Shown piece by piece: positions 20,394-30,245 of a stretch of DNA of 64,000 nt. The position numbers and the translations under genes were made by a program. Positions within the stretch are counted from its first letter, which is position 1; each line of letters starts with the position of its first letter. The DNA is taken from assembly GCA_963797555.1 (NCBI GenBank), contig CAWCPV010000007.1:512001-576000 (forward strand), read 5' to 3'. The notes beneath the pieces were generated by a model. The model saw only the letters and a list, made by a program, of their open reading frames with translations, searched no databases and was not told the origin of the DNA. Origin of the DNA: an uncultured Gammaproteobacteria bacterium (GTDB lineage: Bacteria > Pseudomonadota > Gammaproteobacteria > CAWCPV01).

Positions 20394-20608
20394 CTCGACA
20401 CCTCCATGAAGCGGGTTATAGGACGAACGCCATCTTATCCGTCCAGCGCCTCCGCGGTGAGCTTTAAGTAGACCGACCGCAGGTCCGGAGGCGGACGTTT
20501 CGATTCGCCCGGGCCGAGGCAATAGCCTTGGCCCCGGCGCGCGGTGCCGTGTATCCTTGGCCCATCCTCAGGGGAAAACCGCGCGAAGACGCGGCTCGAA
20601 CAGGGAGC

Positions 20609-23285
20609 ATGGACGACTCGGCACCCCGCTATGATTTGTTCCTGAGCTACCACTGGCGCGACCGCCAAGCGGTCGAGTCGGTCGCGAAGGCGCTCACGGC
20701 GCGGGGGCTCAAGGTCTTCCTGGATCGCTGGTACCTCCCCGCCGGCCAGCCCTGGCCGCTCGCGCTCGAACAAGCGCTCGGCACCTGCCGCGCGGCGGCG
20801 GTGTTCCTCGGGCCGAACGGCGTGGGGAGCTGGCAGCAGCGGGAGAAGTGGCTCGCGCTCGACCGCCAGGCGCGGGAGCCGGGCTTTCCCGTGATCCCGG
20901 TGCTGCTGCCGCGCGCGGAGCAGCCAGCCCTGGAGTTCCTCTCCCTCAACACCTGGGTGGACCTGCGTGCCGCGCTGGACGATGCCGAGGCCCTGGACGT
21001 GCTCGTGCACGCCGCGCGCGGCGAGGCGCCGGGACCTACCCTGTCGGTGCGCCTGAGCGCCACGCTCGCGAGCATCGCCCCCTACCGCGGCCTCGGCGTG
21101 TTCCGCGAGGAGGACGCCCCCTTCTTTTTCGGCCGCGACGAGTTCATCGATCAACAGCTCCGGCCTACCGTCGAGGGGTGCTCGCTGGTCGCGGTGGTGG
21201 GGGCCTCGGGCAGCGGCAAGTCCTCGGTGGTCCGAGCGGGATTGCTGCCGCGGCTGCGCCGCGGCGAGGGCGGCAAGGTGTGGGAGATCGCGACCCTGCT
21301 CCCCGGCGACCGGCCGCTGCACGCGCTGGCCGCCGCCCTGCTGCCCTTGTTGGAGCCGGAGCGGGCCGAGCTGACCGAGACCGACCGGCTCGCCGAAGTG
21401 GGCAAGCTCGCCGGGCACCTCGCCGCGGGCACGGTGGCGCTGCGCGACGTGGTGGGTCGGGTGCTGGAGAAGCAGCTCGGGACCGAGCGCCTGCTGCTGG
21501 TCGCCGATCAGTGGGAGGAGCTTTACACGCTCACTCGGGAAAGCTCGGCTGCGCAGCGCTTCATCGAGGAGGTGCTGGACGCCACCGCCACCGCGCCGCT
21601 CACCGTGGTGCTGACCTTGCGCGGCGATTTCTTCGGCGAGGTGCTGGCGCACCGCGGGCTCGCCGATCGGCTGCAGGGCGGGGTCGTCAACCTGGGACCC
21701 ATGAATCGGGAGGAGATCGCGCAAGTGGTGGTGCGGCCGGCCGAGAAGGTCGGGCTCGCCTTCGAGCCGGGGCTGCCCGAGCGCATCCTGGACGAAGTCG
21801 GCGAGGAGCCGGGCCACCTGCCGCTGCTGGAGTTCGTGCTGACGGGGCTATGGCAGGACCGCCAAGCCGGCCGGCTGCTGCACGAGGCATACGATGCCAT
21901 GGGCGGCGTGCAGGGGGCGATGGCGCAGCGCGCGGAGGAGGTCTGGAAAAAGCTAGGTGAGCGTGAGGAGACCACGCTGCACCATCTCTTCCTGCAACTG
22001 GTCAGCGCCGGTGCGGGGACCGCGGACACGCGCCGACGTGCGGTACTCGCCGACCTTGCGCCCGCCGTGCGACCGGTGGTGGCGAAGCTCGCCCGCGAGC
22101 GGCTGCTGGTGATCGGGCGCGACGAGGCGAGCGGCGAGGAGACGGTGGAGGTCGCCCACGAGGCGTTGATCCGTCACTGGGATCGGTTGGGGAAATGGCT
22201 CGACGAGGACCGCGAGTTTCTGCTCTGGCGCCAGCGCCTGGAGGTAGCGCTCGCCCAGTGGAAACGTGCCGGCCGCAAGGACTCCGGCACCCTGCTGCGC
22301 GGGGCCCCGCTGGCCGAGGCCGAACGCTGGCTGGGGGAGCGTGGGGACGACCTGACCGAGGAGCAGCGCGCCTACGTGCGCGCGAGCCTCGCGGCGAGGG
22401 ACCGCCGCCGCTGGCTCACGGGAAGCGCGGCGGCGCTGGTCTTGCTCGCCTCTCTAGCGGTCGCCACCTGGCAGTATGGCGTGGCTGAGCGGCTGCGGCG
22501 TGAGCGGGCGCCGATCCCGCCCGCGATGGTCCTGATCGAGCCCCGCCCCTTCATGATGGGCTCCCCCGAGGGTGACAAGGAGGCACATCCCGATGAGTGG
22601 CCCGCCCACGACGTGGTGATCGCCAAGCCGTTCAAGATCGGCAAGTACGAGGTAACCTTCGAGGAATACGACCGCTTCGCGCTCGCCACCGGCCGTCGCC
22701 CGCCCAGCGACCAGGGCTGGGGCAGCGGCCAGCGCCCGGTGATCAATGTCTCCTGGGACGACGCCGTCGCCTATGCCCAGTGGCTGTCGAAAAAAAACCG
22801 GCCAGCGCTTTCGGCTGCCCACCGAGGCGGAGTGGGAGTATGCCGAGCGGGCGGGCAGCGTCACCGCACGCTTCTGGGGCGACGATCCGAAGCAGGCGTG
22901 CCGCTACGCGAACGTCTATGACAAGACGGGCGAGGCCGGAGGCAAGGAGAAATACGCGATCACCTGGGAGGCGCACGACTGCGAGGATGGCTTCGTCGAG
23001 ACCGCGCCGGTAGGTCGCTTTCAGCCCAACGCCTTAGTACTGTACGACATGCTGGGGAACGTCTGGGAGTGGGTGCAGGACTGCTGGCACGAGAGCTACC
23101 GTGACGATCCGCCGCGGGACGGCTCGGCCTGGCTGGAGGCTGATGGCGGCGATTGCGGTCGGCGCGTGGTCCGCGGCGGCTCCTGGAACTACGGACCGAG
23201 GGACGTGCGCTCGGCGGTGCGTGACAGGATACCGGCCGACTACCGGACCAACTACCTCGGTTTCCGCCTCGCCCAGGACTTGTAG
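20609..23285 (+). CDS. TIR-nSTAND1 NTPase-TM-FGE-sulfatase (CLec-fold) receptor, DGR target; frameshift in A8 run 22790-22797
   Basis: TIR (YDLFLSY, WQQRE); PYRGLGVF..FFGRD, GASGSGKSS, DQWEELY, LTLRGDF, LPLLEF, EVAHEALIRHW; TM helix; EVTFEEY, PVINVSWDDA, RLPTEAEWEY, DMLGNVWEW, RGGSW...GFRLAQDL. Confidence 0.9.
23165..23285 (+). other. Putative DGR variable region (VR)
   Basis: RGGSWNYGPRDVRSAVRDRIPADYRTNYLGFRLA with many NNC codons (TAC, GAC, GCC, ACC, AAC) at positions that are AAC in CLec-type template repeats. Confidence 0.7.
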
Positions 23286-23319
23286 CCCTTTGCTCTTTAT
23301 CCTTTTACCCTTTCGGGGG

Positions 23320-23342
23320 TCCAGGGGGCGGAGCCCCCTGGA
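23320..23342 (+). promoter_or_regulatory. DGR target-recognition hairpin (10-bp stem, GGA loop)
   Basis: TCCAGGGGGC-GGA-GCCCCCTGGA about 35 bp after the VR stop, preceded by a pyrimidine tract; no U-tract on the + strand. Confidence 0.75.
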
Positions 23343-23357
23343 GCGTCGGCTGAGCCG

Positions 23358-23632
23358 GTGAAGGACCTCACCCCCCACGCCGTGCAGTCCTGCCACGAGC
23401 TGCTGCTGTGGCTGCTGCCGCTGTTGGACAAGCTGCCTCGGGTACGGCGCTTCACGCTCGGGGAGCGCATCGAGAGCGCGCATCCTGGATGTGCTGGAGG
23501 CGCTCGTGGAGGCCGGCTACAGCGCCGGCGGGGCAAAGCGGACGGCGCTCAAACGGGCGAACCTGAGGCTGGAAGTGACGCGCCACCTCTGGCGCCTGTG
23601 CCACGAATCCCAGCTCGTATCCGCGCGGCGCT
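23358..23632 (+). pseudogene. avd: DGR accessory variability determinant Avd, frameshifted (~23478) and 3'-truncated
   Basis: AVQSCHELLLWLLPLLDKLPRVRRFTLGERIES / ILDVLEALVEAGYS..ANLRLEVTRHLWRLCHE..VSARR; the final helix ending GRQIGGW is missing. Confidence 0.82.
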
Positions 23633-23857
23633 CTTCCCCCACCGACGGCGCGGCGTCATCGAATCTCAACTCCCCCCGGACCACGACGGTGGGCGAAGGC
23701 GCGCTCGGGCACCTATATACTACGTAGCAAGGACGCCCTCCGGGCCGGTTCGCGGCCGAAACTACCGGCTCGAAAACGTAGCGCAGCCTGGGCAGCGCCC
23801 GCGCGAGGCCCCAACGCAGCGAGGCCACCCAGACAGGTCTGCAACAAGGAGAAACGC

Positions 23858-25192
23858 ATGAACCGCCCCCTTTGCTTCGTCCTCATGCCCTTCGGCAAGA
23901 AGCCGGATGCCGGGGGCTCGGTGGTCGACTTCGACGCCGTCTACCGGGAGCTGATCGCCCCGGCCATTGAGGAGGCCGGGTTGGAGCCCCTGCGCGCCGA
24001 CGAGGAGATGACCGGCGGCATCATCCACAAGCCGATGTTCGAGCGCCTGATCCTCTGCGAGTATGCGGTGGCCGACCTCACCACGGCCAACGCCAATGTG
24101 TTCTACGAGCTGGGCGTGCGCCATGCGGTGCGCCCGTTCAGCACGGTCCCGCTATTCGCCGCAGGCGGCAGCCGCTTGCCCTTCGATGTGGCACCGCTGC
24201 GGGCGATGCCTTACCGGCTGACCCCCGAGGGCAAGCCTGCGGAAGTGGAGGCCGACAAGAAGGCATTGGTGGAACGTCTCGAAGCGGCCGAGCAAGAGGC
24301 CGCTACCGACAGCCCCGTGTACCAGCTCGTCGAGGGGTTCCCGGACGTCGACCACGCCAAGACCAACGTCTTCCGCGACCAAGTGCGATACGCGGCCGAG
24401 ACCAAGCAACGGCTCGCGGCGGCCCGCAAGCAGGGGGCCGAGGCGGTGCGGGCGGTGGAGCGGGAGCTCCGGGACATCCGTAACCAAGAGGCCGGCGTGG
24501 TGATCGACCTTTTCCTGTCCTACCGCGCCGTCAATGCCTGGGAGGACATGATCGCCCTGGTGCCGAAGATGTCTCCGGCACTCGCTCCCACCGCCATGGT
24601 GCAGGAGCAGCTCGCGCTCGCACTCAACCGTGCGGGGCGCGGGGAAGAGGCCGAGCGAGTGCTCCTCGACCTTATCCAGAGGCGCGGGCCGAGCAGCGAG
24701 ACCTACGGCATCCTGGGGCGGGTATACAAGGACCGCTGGGAGGCCGCAGCCAAGGCCGGTGATCGCTTCCTCGCCCGCGGGCTGCTGGACAGAGCGGTCG
24801 AGGCGTACCTCAAGGGCTTCGAGGCCGACTGGCGCGACGCCTATCCCGGCATCAACGCCGTCACCCTGATGGAGCTGAAGGACCCGCCCGACCCGCGGCG
24901 CGGGGCGCTCCTACCGGTGGTCTCCTACGCCGTGGAGCGGCGCATCGCCGCCGGCAAGCCCGACTACTGGGACCACGCCACCCGCCTGGAGCTGGCGGTG
25001 CTGGCCAGGGAGGAGCAGAAGGCGAAGGCAGCGCTCTCCGACGCGCTCCCTGCGGTGCGCGAGCCCTGGGAGCCCGAGACCACCGCGCGCAACCTGCGTC
25101 TGATTCGAGAGGCCAGGGAGGGGCGGGGGGAAGAGGTGCCGTGGGCGAGGGAGATCGAACGGGAGTTGGAGCGGCGATCGCAGCGGCGCTAG
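23858..25192 (+). CDS. Nucleoside deoxyribosyltransferase-like domain + TPR-S (DUF4071/MAP3K TRAFs-binding) protein
   Basis: CFVLMPFG, LRADEE, VADLTTANANVFYELGVRHA; EQLALALNRAG, SETYGILGRVYKDRW, YPGINAVTL, DYWDHAT, WEPETTARNL. Confidence 0.85.
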   Translation: MNRPLCFVLMPFGKKPDAGGSVVDFDAVYRELIAPAIEEAGLEPLRADEEMTGGIIHKPMFERLILCEYAVADLTTANANVFYELGVRHAVRPFSTVPLFAAGGSRLPFDVAPLRAMPYRLTPEGKPAEVEADKKALVERLEAAEQEAATDSPVYQLVEGFPDVDHAKTNVFRDQVRYAAETKQRLAAARKQGAEAVRAVERELRDIRNQEAGVVIDLFLSYRAVNAWEDMIALVPKMSPALAPTAMVQEQLALALNRAGRGEEAERVLLDLIQRRGPSSETYGILGRVYKDRWEAAAKAGDRFLARGLLDRAVEAYLKGFEADWRDAYPGINAVTLMELKDPPDPRRGALLPVVSYAVERRIAAGKPDYWDHATRLELAVLAREEQKAKAALSDALPAVREPWEPETTARNLRLIREAREGRGEEVPWAREIERELERRSQRR

Positions 25193-25460
25193 TGCCCCAC
25201 AGCCGCGACCTCACTTAGCGCTCTGAGGGGATCGAGATCCCAGGTGCGCCAGCGTAACGCACCAGGCATACAGACCAAGGTCGGTTCGTTACGTTATGCT
25301 CGGGCGGTTGGCGCTGAGACGCCGACCAAGCTGCCAGAGCGCTCCGACGACAGGATATGAATGCGGTGCGTGGGCAGGCGCAGATGCGTCGGTCAGGTGT
25401 ACTTTGGGCACTTTATTGGGGCTGGATTGGGGCTGAGCGGGGAGTTTCGGCGGAGCATCG

Positions 25461-26111
25461 ATGCGGATCAAGAACGCATGTTTCATCAGCTATTGCCACG
25501 GTCAGAATGAGCTGATCAAGGGTTTCATCGAGCAGCTCTGTAGAGCACTCAAGAACTACCTGGAGCCGCTGATGGACGAGGGGGTATATGTCGATTACGA
25601 GCGGCTTCAGCCCGGTTACCGATTCAACGAAGCCCTGGCCAGAGATATTTGCGAGAGCGTTTGCATGATCGTGGTCTACTACCCCAGATACGAGCAGCAC
25701 TCGTATTGCCGGCGCGAGTTCGCGGCCATGGAGATCATGGAGGAGCACCGCAAGGCCCTACTGGGTGCCCACCTACATGGACGTGGCTTCATTATTCCGG
25801 TGATTCTCACTACCGGCGCTGACGGAGTCCCCGACAAGATCAAAGGTGCCCTCCACTACTCCGATTTCTCTGGGTGGACCCTTGCCAGCAGCGATATTAG
25901 CCGTAACCCGGACTTCATACCGGCCATTAAGGACATCTGCACAGCTATCCACGAGCTCTACGAGCTGCTGCGGCAGAAGATTGCCGCCGGAAATCAGCAT
26001 ATGGACTGCGTCGACTTCCGGGTTCCCGCTGAAGCCGACGCGCCGCCTTGGCAACACGGGGGGACAGTGCCTGGCCCATTGCCCTTTCCCGGCCGGAAGT
26101 CCGCCCCGTGA
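25461..26111 (+). CDS. Standalone TIR-domain protein (FxsC-like)
   Basis: CFISYCH, VYVDYERLQPG, YYPRY..SYCRREF (catalytic Glu), IIPVIL. Confidence 0.82.
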   Translation: MRIKNACFISYCHGQNELIKGFIEQLCRALKNYLEPLMDEGVYVDYERLQPGYRFNEALARDICESVCMIVVYYPRYEQHSYCRREFAAMEIMEEHRKALLGAHLHGRGFIIPVILTTGADGVPDKIKGALHYSDFSGWTLASSDISRNPDFIPAIKDICTAIHELYELLRQKIAAGNQHMDCVDFRVPAEADAPPWQHGGTVPGPLPFPGRKSAP

Positions 26112-28912
26112 AGCCAGCCATCGCGGGCGAGGTAATCACCTTCTATTCCTACAAGGGTGGTACGGGCCGCTCCATGGCGCTGGCCAATATCGCTTGCCTG
26201 CTTGCTGCCTCGAGTGCAGACGGCCGTGAGGTGCTTATAGTGGACTGGGATTTGGAGGCGCCAGGCCAGCACTGGTTCTTCCTCCGCTCGCAGCTTCCTG
26301 GGGCGAACGACGGATGGCGTGCGGCCGGGAGTGACGAGCGACCAGGGTTGATGGAACTGCTTGAGATGCTAGAACGCAAGGTGCCGAAGACCGATGCGGA
26401 GTCGGTCGTCGAGGCTGAAGCGCAGGCCGAGAAGCTATTTGAAGGCCTGTCGCTCGAAACCTACGTCACTCCGACGGCCTTTCCCAAAGTCCATTTGCTC
26501 AAGGCCGGACGGCTCGACTCGGGCTATCCAGAACGGGTCAACACCTTCGCCTGGGAGGGCCTCTACCGGCGTGCGCCGTACCTTTACCAGACCTTAGCCA
26601 GGCACCTTGCGGCGCGGTACCGCTACGTCATCATCGACGCGCGCACCGGGCTTGCGGACATGAGCGGGATATGCACGACCCTCATGCCGGAAAAGCTGGT
26701 CGTGGTGTTTACCCCTAATCGACAAAGCCTGACCGGTATGTCGGAGGTAATCAAGCGAGCTACCACGTACCGTCGCCGTTCCGACGACCTGCGGCCCCTG
26801 CTCGTCTACCCTCTGCCATCGCGCATCGATTCAGAGCGGGACGAGTTGCGCAAGCGTTGGCGGTATGGGGACTCCACGCATGGAGTCGACGGTTACCAGC
26901 CACTCTTCGAGCGGCTGTTCCAGAACGTCTACGGGCTGAAGCAATGCGACCTGGGGGCCTATTTCGATGAGGTGCAGATCCAGCACAGCCCCGATTACGC
27001 CTATGGTGAAGAGATCGCCGTCAACGTGGAGACGAGCGAGGACCGCTTTTCCCTCGTTAGGAGCTACAAGGCGTTGCTGGAATGGCTGGCCAACTCCTAC
27101 GCGCCTTGGGAAGGTCTGGAGCAGGCACGCGCGATCCGCGACCTCGGCGTACTGGAGGTGAAGGAGCGCGAGTTGCGGGCTCGGGCCGGGGCGGACGCCG
27201 AGGCGAGGCGCGAGCTAGCGTCGTTGCGAGAGGAAATCTTCACCCGCAAGGCAAAGTTAAAGGGCGAGCAGGATCCCGATACCCTGGCGGCAATGGACCG
27301 GCTGGCCCGAACCGTCTGGGAGCAAGGTGACTGGAACGCAGCGCGACGGCTGCAGGAGCAGGCGATCGAGGCCCGCCGCCGGGTGCTGGGCGAGGAGCAC
27401 CCCGACACCCTGACCAGCATGGGCAACCTGGCCGCGACGCTCCGGGCCCAGGGCGACCTCCCCGGCGCCCGCGCCCTTCAGGAAAAGGTCCTGGAGGTCA
27501 GCCGCCGGGTGCTGGGCGAGGAGCACCCCGACACCCTGACCAGCATGGGCAACCTGGCCGCGACGCTCCGGGCCCAGGGCGACCTCCCCGGCGCCCGCGC
27601 CCTTCAGGAAAAGGTCCTGGAGGTCAGCCGCCGGGTGCTGGGCGAGGAGCACCCCGACACCCTGACCAGCATGGGCAACCTGGCCGCGACGCTCCGGGCC
27701 CAGGGCGACCTCCCCGGCGCCCGCGCCCTTCAGGAAAAGGTCCTGGAGGTCAGCCGCCGGGTGCTGGGCGAGGACCACCCGGACACCCTGAGGAGCATGG
27801 GCAACCTGGCCGCGACGCTCCGGGCCCAGGGCGACCTCCCCGGCGCCCGCGCCCTTCAGGAAAAGGTCCTGGAGGTCCGCCGCCGGGTGCTGGGCGAGGA
27901 CCACCCAAACACCCTGACCAGCATGGGCAACCTGGCCTGGACGCTCCGGGCCCAGGGCGACCTCCCCGGCGCCCGCGCCCTTCAGGAAAAGGTCCTGGAG
28001 GTCCGCCGCCGGGTGCTGGGCGAGGACCACCCAAACACCCTGACCAGCATGGGCAACCTGGCCTGGACGCTCCGGGCCCAGGGCGACCTCCCCGGCGCCC
28101 GCGCCCTTCAGGAAAAGGTCCTGGAGGTCAGCCGCCGGGTGCTGGGCGAGGACCACCCGGACACCCTGACCAGCATGAACAACCTGGCCGGGACGCTCTG
28201 GGCCCAGGGCGACCTCCCCGGCGCCCGCACCCTTCAGGAAAAGGTCCTGGAGGTCCGCCGCCGGGTGCTGGGCGAGGACCACCCGGACACCCTGACCAGC
28301 ATGAACAACCTGGCCGGGACGCTCTGGGACCGGGGCGACCTCGCCGACGCCCGCGCCCTTGAGGAAAAGGTTCTCGAGGTCCGCCGCCGGGTGCTGGGCG
28401 AAGACCACCCAAACACCCTGACCAGCATGGGCAACCTGGCTGGCACGCTTGGGGCCCAGGGCGACCTCCCCGGCGCCCGCGCCCTTCAGGAAAAGGTCCT
28501 GGAGGTCCGCCGCCGGGTGCTGGGCGAGGACCACCCAAACACCCTGACCAGCATGGGCAACCTGGCCTGGACGCTCCGGGCCCAGGGCGACCTCCCCGGC
28601 GCCCGCGCCCTTCAGGAAAAGGTCCTGGAGGTCCGCCGCCGGGTGCTGGGCGAGGACCACCCAAACACCCTGACCAGCATGGGCAACCTGGCCTGGACGC
28701 TCCGGGCCCAGGGCGACCTCCCCGGCGCCCGCGCCCTTCAGGAAAAGGTCCTGGAGGTCCGCCGCCGCCTGCTCGGCCCTGAGCACCCCGACACACTTCG
28801 GGCAATGGCCCAGCTCGCCGAAACACTCGATAAGTCGGACGACAAGGCTGCCCTCGCCGCGCTGCAGAAAGAGATCATTGCCTCAGTACAGCGTTTGCAG
28901 AAAACGCCCTAG
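26108..28912 (+). CDS. ParA/MinD-like (KGGxGR-variant) ATPase fused to a 42-aa TPR array (FxsT-like)
   Basis: TFYSYKGGTGRSMALAN, VDWDLEAPG, IIDARTGLAD, FTPNRQSL; GTG start overlaps the TIR stop (GTGA). Confidence 0.85.
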   Translation: MKPAIAGEVITFYSYKGGTGRSMALANIACLLAASSADGREVLIVDWDLEAPGQHWFFLRSQLPGANDGWRAAGSDERPGLMELLEMLERKVPKTDAESVVEAEAQAEKLFEGLSLETYVTPTAFPKVHLLKAGRLDSGYPERVNTFAWEGLYRRAPYLYQTLARHLAARYRYVIIDARTGLADMSGICTTLMPEKLVVVFTPNRQSLTGMSEVIKRATTYRRRSDDLRPLLVYPLPSRIDSERDELRKRWRYGDSTHGVDGYQPLFERLFQNVYGLKQCDLGAYFDEVQIQHSPDYAYGEEIAVNVETSEDRFSLVRSYKALLEWLANSYAPWEGLEQARAIRDLGVLEVKERELRARAGADAEARRELASLREEIFTRKAKLKGEQDPDTLAAMDRLARTVWEQGDWNAARRLQEQAIEARRRVLGEEHPDTLTSMGNLAATLRAQGDLPGARALQEKVLEVSRRVLGEEHPDTLTSMGNLAATLRAQGDLPGARALQEKVLEVSRRVLGEEHPDTLTSMGNLAATLRAQGDLPGARALQEKVLEVSRRVLGEDHPDTLRSMGNLAATLRAQGDLPGARALQEKVLEVRRRVLGEDHPNTLTSMGNLAWTLRAQGDLPGARALQEKVLEVRRRVLGEDHPNTLTSMGNLAWTLRAQGDLPGARALQEKVLEVSRRVLGEDHPDTLTSMNNLAGTLWAQGDLPGARTLQEKVLEVRRRVLGEDHPDTLTSMNNLAGTLWDRGDLADARALEEKVLEVRRRVLGEDHPNTLTSMGNLAGTLGAQGDLPGARALQEKVLEVRRRVLGEDHPNTLTSMGNLAWTLRAQGDLPGARALQEKVLEVRRRVLGEDHPNTLTSMGNLAWTLRAQGDLPGARALQEKVLEVRRRLLGPEHPDTLRAMAQLAETLDKSDDKAALAALQKEIIASVQRLQKTP
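27374..28759 (+). repeat. 11 tandem 126-bp near-identical repeats encoding kinesin-light-chain-type TPRs
   Basis: Unit (R/S)RRVLGE(D/E)HP(D/N)TL(T/R)SM(G/N)NLA(A/W/G)TL(R/W/G)AQGDLPGARALQEKVLEV; 11 x 126 = 1386 bp. Confidence 0.97.
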
Positions 28913-29302
28913 CCGACAGCGCCTGAGTGCCGGGGCATCATCCGCGGCGGCCTGACGAAACAGTGCGTCCCTCAGCTCGATGGGGTGGATGTGGGCGGCC
29001 CTGGCCTCGGGATTCACGACCAGCACTCGACACCTCGGATCGCCCTCGCGGCTTGTGGCGAGAAAGCCCGCCGTCGGCTCCCACTGGCAGGCGCGGGAGC
29101 GCGCGTAGTGCTCGGAGTAATAGGCGAACACGGCCTTGGAATTGGCGATGCCCTCGACGATGGCGCGGGTGATGCTGGAGTAGTCCCGGATGTCGCTCTC
29201 GTCCTGCCAGACCGCCAGGCCGGAGGCTCGCAGCGCCTCGACGATGGGACGCACCGCGCCCCGGTTCTTGTGCGGATAGCTGAGGAATAAGTCACAGGAC
29301 AT
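28883..29302 (-). pseudogene. TIR domain, probably the truncated N-terminus of a larger TIR-NTPase protein
   Basis: DLFLSY, GLAVWQDESDI, YYSEHYARSRACQWE; frame runs into the 3' end of the convergent TPR gene. Confidence 0.7.
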
Positions 29303-29359
29303 CGCGGACTCTTGGCTGTGCATGCAGCGCGGGCCGCCGTTGGATCGAAGCCGACGGTC

Positions 29360-29803
29360 TCAGGGAGCCAGCAACCGATGCTTGACGCTGAGGGAAGCGG
29401 CCGATCGGGCCAGCAGTACATCGCAGGTCACCAGCACGGCGCCCAGCGCATGTGCACAGGCGAGGTGCAGTGCATCCAGGGTGCGCAACGGTGTCATCCG
29501 GGCGAGCAGCCAGCGCTCTGCCTGCCGATAATGGCGTGCATCGAGCGCAACGACCCGAAAGCAGCCGCTCTCCAAATCCTCGCGGTAGGCGGATTCGACT
29601 TCTGCGGCCTGAGCGGGGGTCAATTCACCCATTCGCACCCATCGGGCCAGTGCCGAGGCAAGCTCGATCTGGGTCAGGAGGGTCAGCAGCGCCGGGCGGG
29701 TCAACGACATCAACAGCGCCTGCACAGCATCACTCACGGCCTCCTCACGGTAGTAAGGCAGCAGCGCGCTGGTGTCCAGGTACAGCTCCTCAGTAGCGCT
29801 CAT
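29360..29803 (-). CDS. vapC: VapC PIN-domain toxin
   Basis: LYLDTSALL, IELASAL, LRTLDALHLA, LVTCD. Confidence 0.9.
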   Translation of the reverse strand: MSATEELYLDTSALLPYYREEAVSDAVQALLMSLTRPALLTLLTQIELASALARWVRMGELTPAQAAEVESAYREDLESGCFRVVALDARHYRQAERWLLARMTPLRTLDALHLACAHALGAVLVTCDVLLARSAASLSVKHRLLAP

Positions 29804-30032
29804 CCTCTCTCAGACCGCGTACGATCTCGGCGCTGGTGATCTGGCTGACAGGTAGCCGCTGGCGGAACGCCCGCCGGTCCGGAAAGCACACGCCCTGCGG
29901 CTGTGGAGCGATAGCCACCAGGCGTGCTATCGCTTTGCCGCGGCGCTCGATGACGACCTCCTCGCCAGCCTCGACGGCATCCAGAAGCCGGCCTATCTGG
30001 GCCCGCAGTTCGCGGATATTGACTACGTGCAT
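29790..30032 (-). CDS. Phd/YefM-family antitoxin
   Basis: VNIRELRAQIGRLLDAVEAGEEVVIERRGKAIARLV; overlaps vapC. Confidence 0.9.
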   Translation of the reverse strand: MHVVNIRELRAQIGRLLDAVEAGEEVVIERRGKAIARLVAIAPQPQGVCFPDRRAFRQRLPVSQITSAEIVRGLREDERY

Positions 30033-30047
30033 CGTGTCCTCCCCGGA

Positions 30048-30069
30048 ATGTACACCGAGCAGTGTACAT
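30048..30069. promoter_or_regulatory. Probable toxin-antitoxin operator
   Basis: Perfect inverted repeat ATGTACAC-N6-GTGTACAT immediately upstream of the antitoxin. Confidence 0.65.
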
Positions 30070-30245
30070 GCACTAACGGCGGATTGCCGGGGGCCGACGA
30101 CAGCGTTCTGGCAAAAGCTTGCGGCGGCAAGGGGTTGCCGCCCTAAAGGCTCCGCGGAGTCATGTCTCGTCGATCTGAGGGCCTCGCCAGCGCGATGCTT
30201 GCGACGTGTACCGACTTACGGACTCGATGCCGCAGCTACCAGGAC

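Noticed and set aside
23320-23342. Hairpin read as a rho-independent terminator
   Set aside because: No downstream U-tract on the + strand; position between the VR and avd and the 3-nt GGA loop fit a DGR hairpin better
23633-23857. Searched for a DGR template repeat or RT after avd
   Set aside because: No AAC-rich copy of the VR and no RT motifs here or elsewhere in the window
25252-25299. GCGTAAC...GTTATGC resembling an attC site before the TIR gene
   Set aside because: Only 48 bp and no convincing internal pairing
27257-28826. Long repetitive antisense ORFs (509 aa, 232 aa) and a possible CRISPR-like periodicity
   Set aside because: They are shadows of the 126-bp coding TPR repeats; there are no unique spacers and no cas genes
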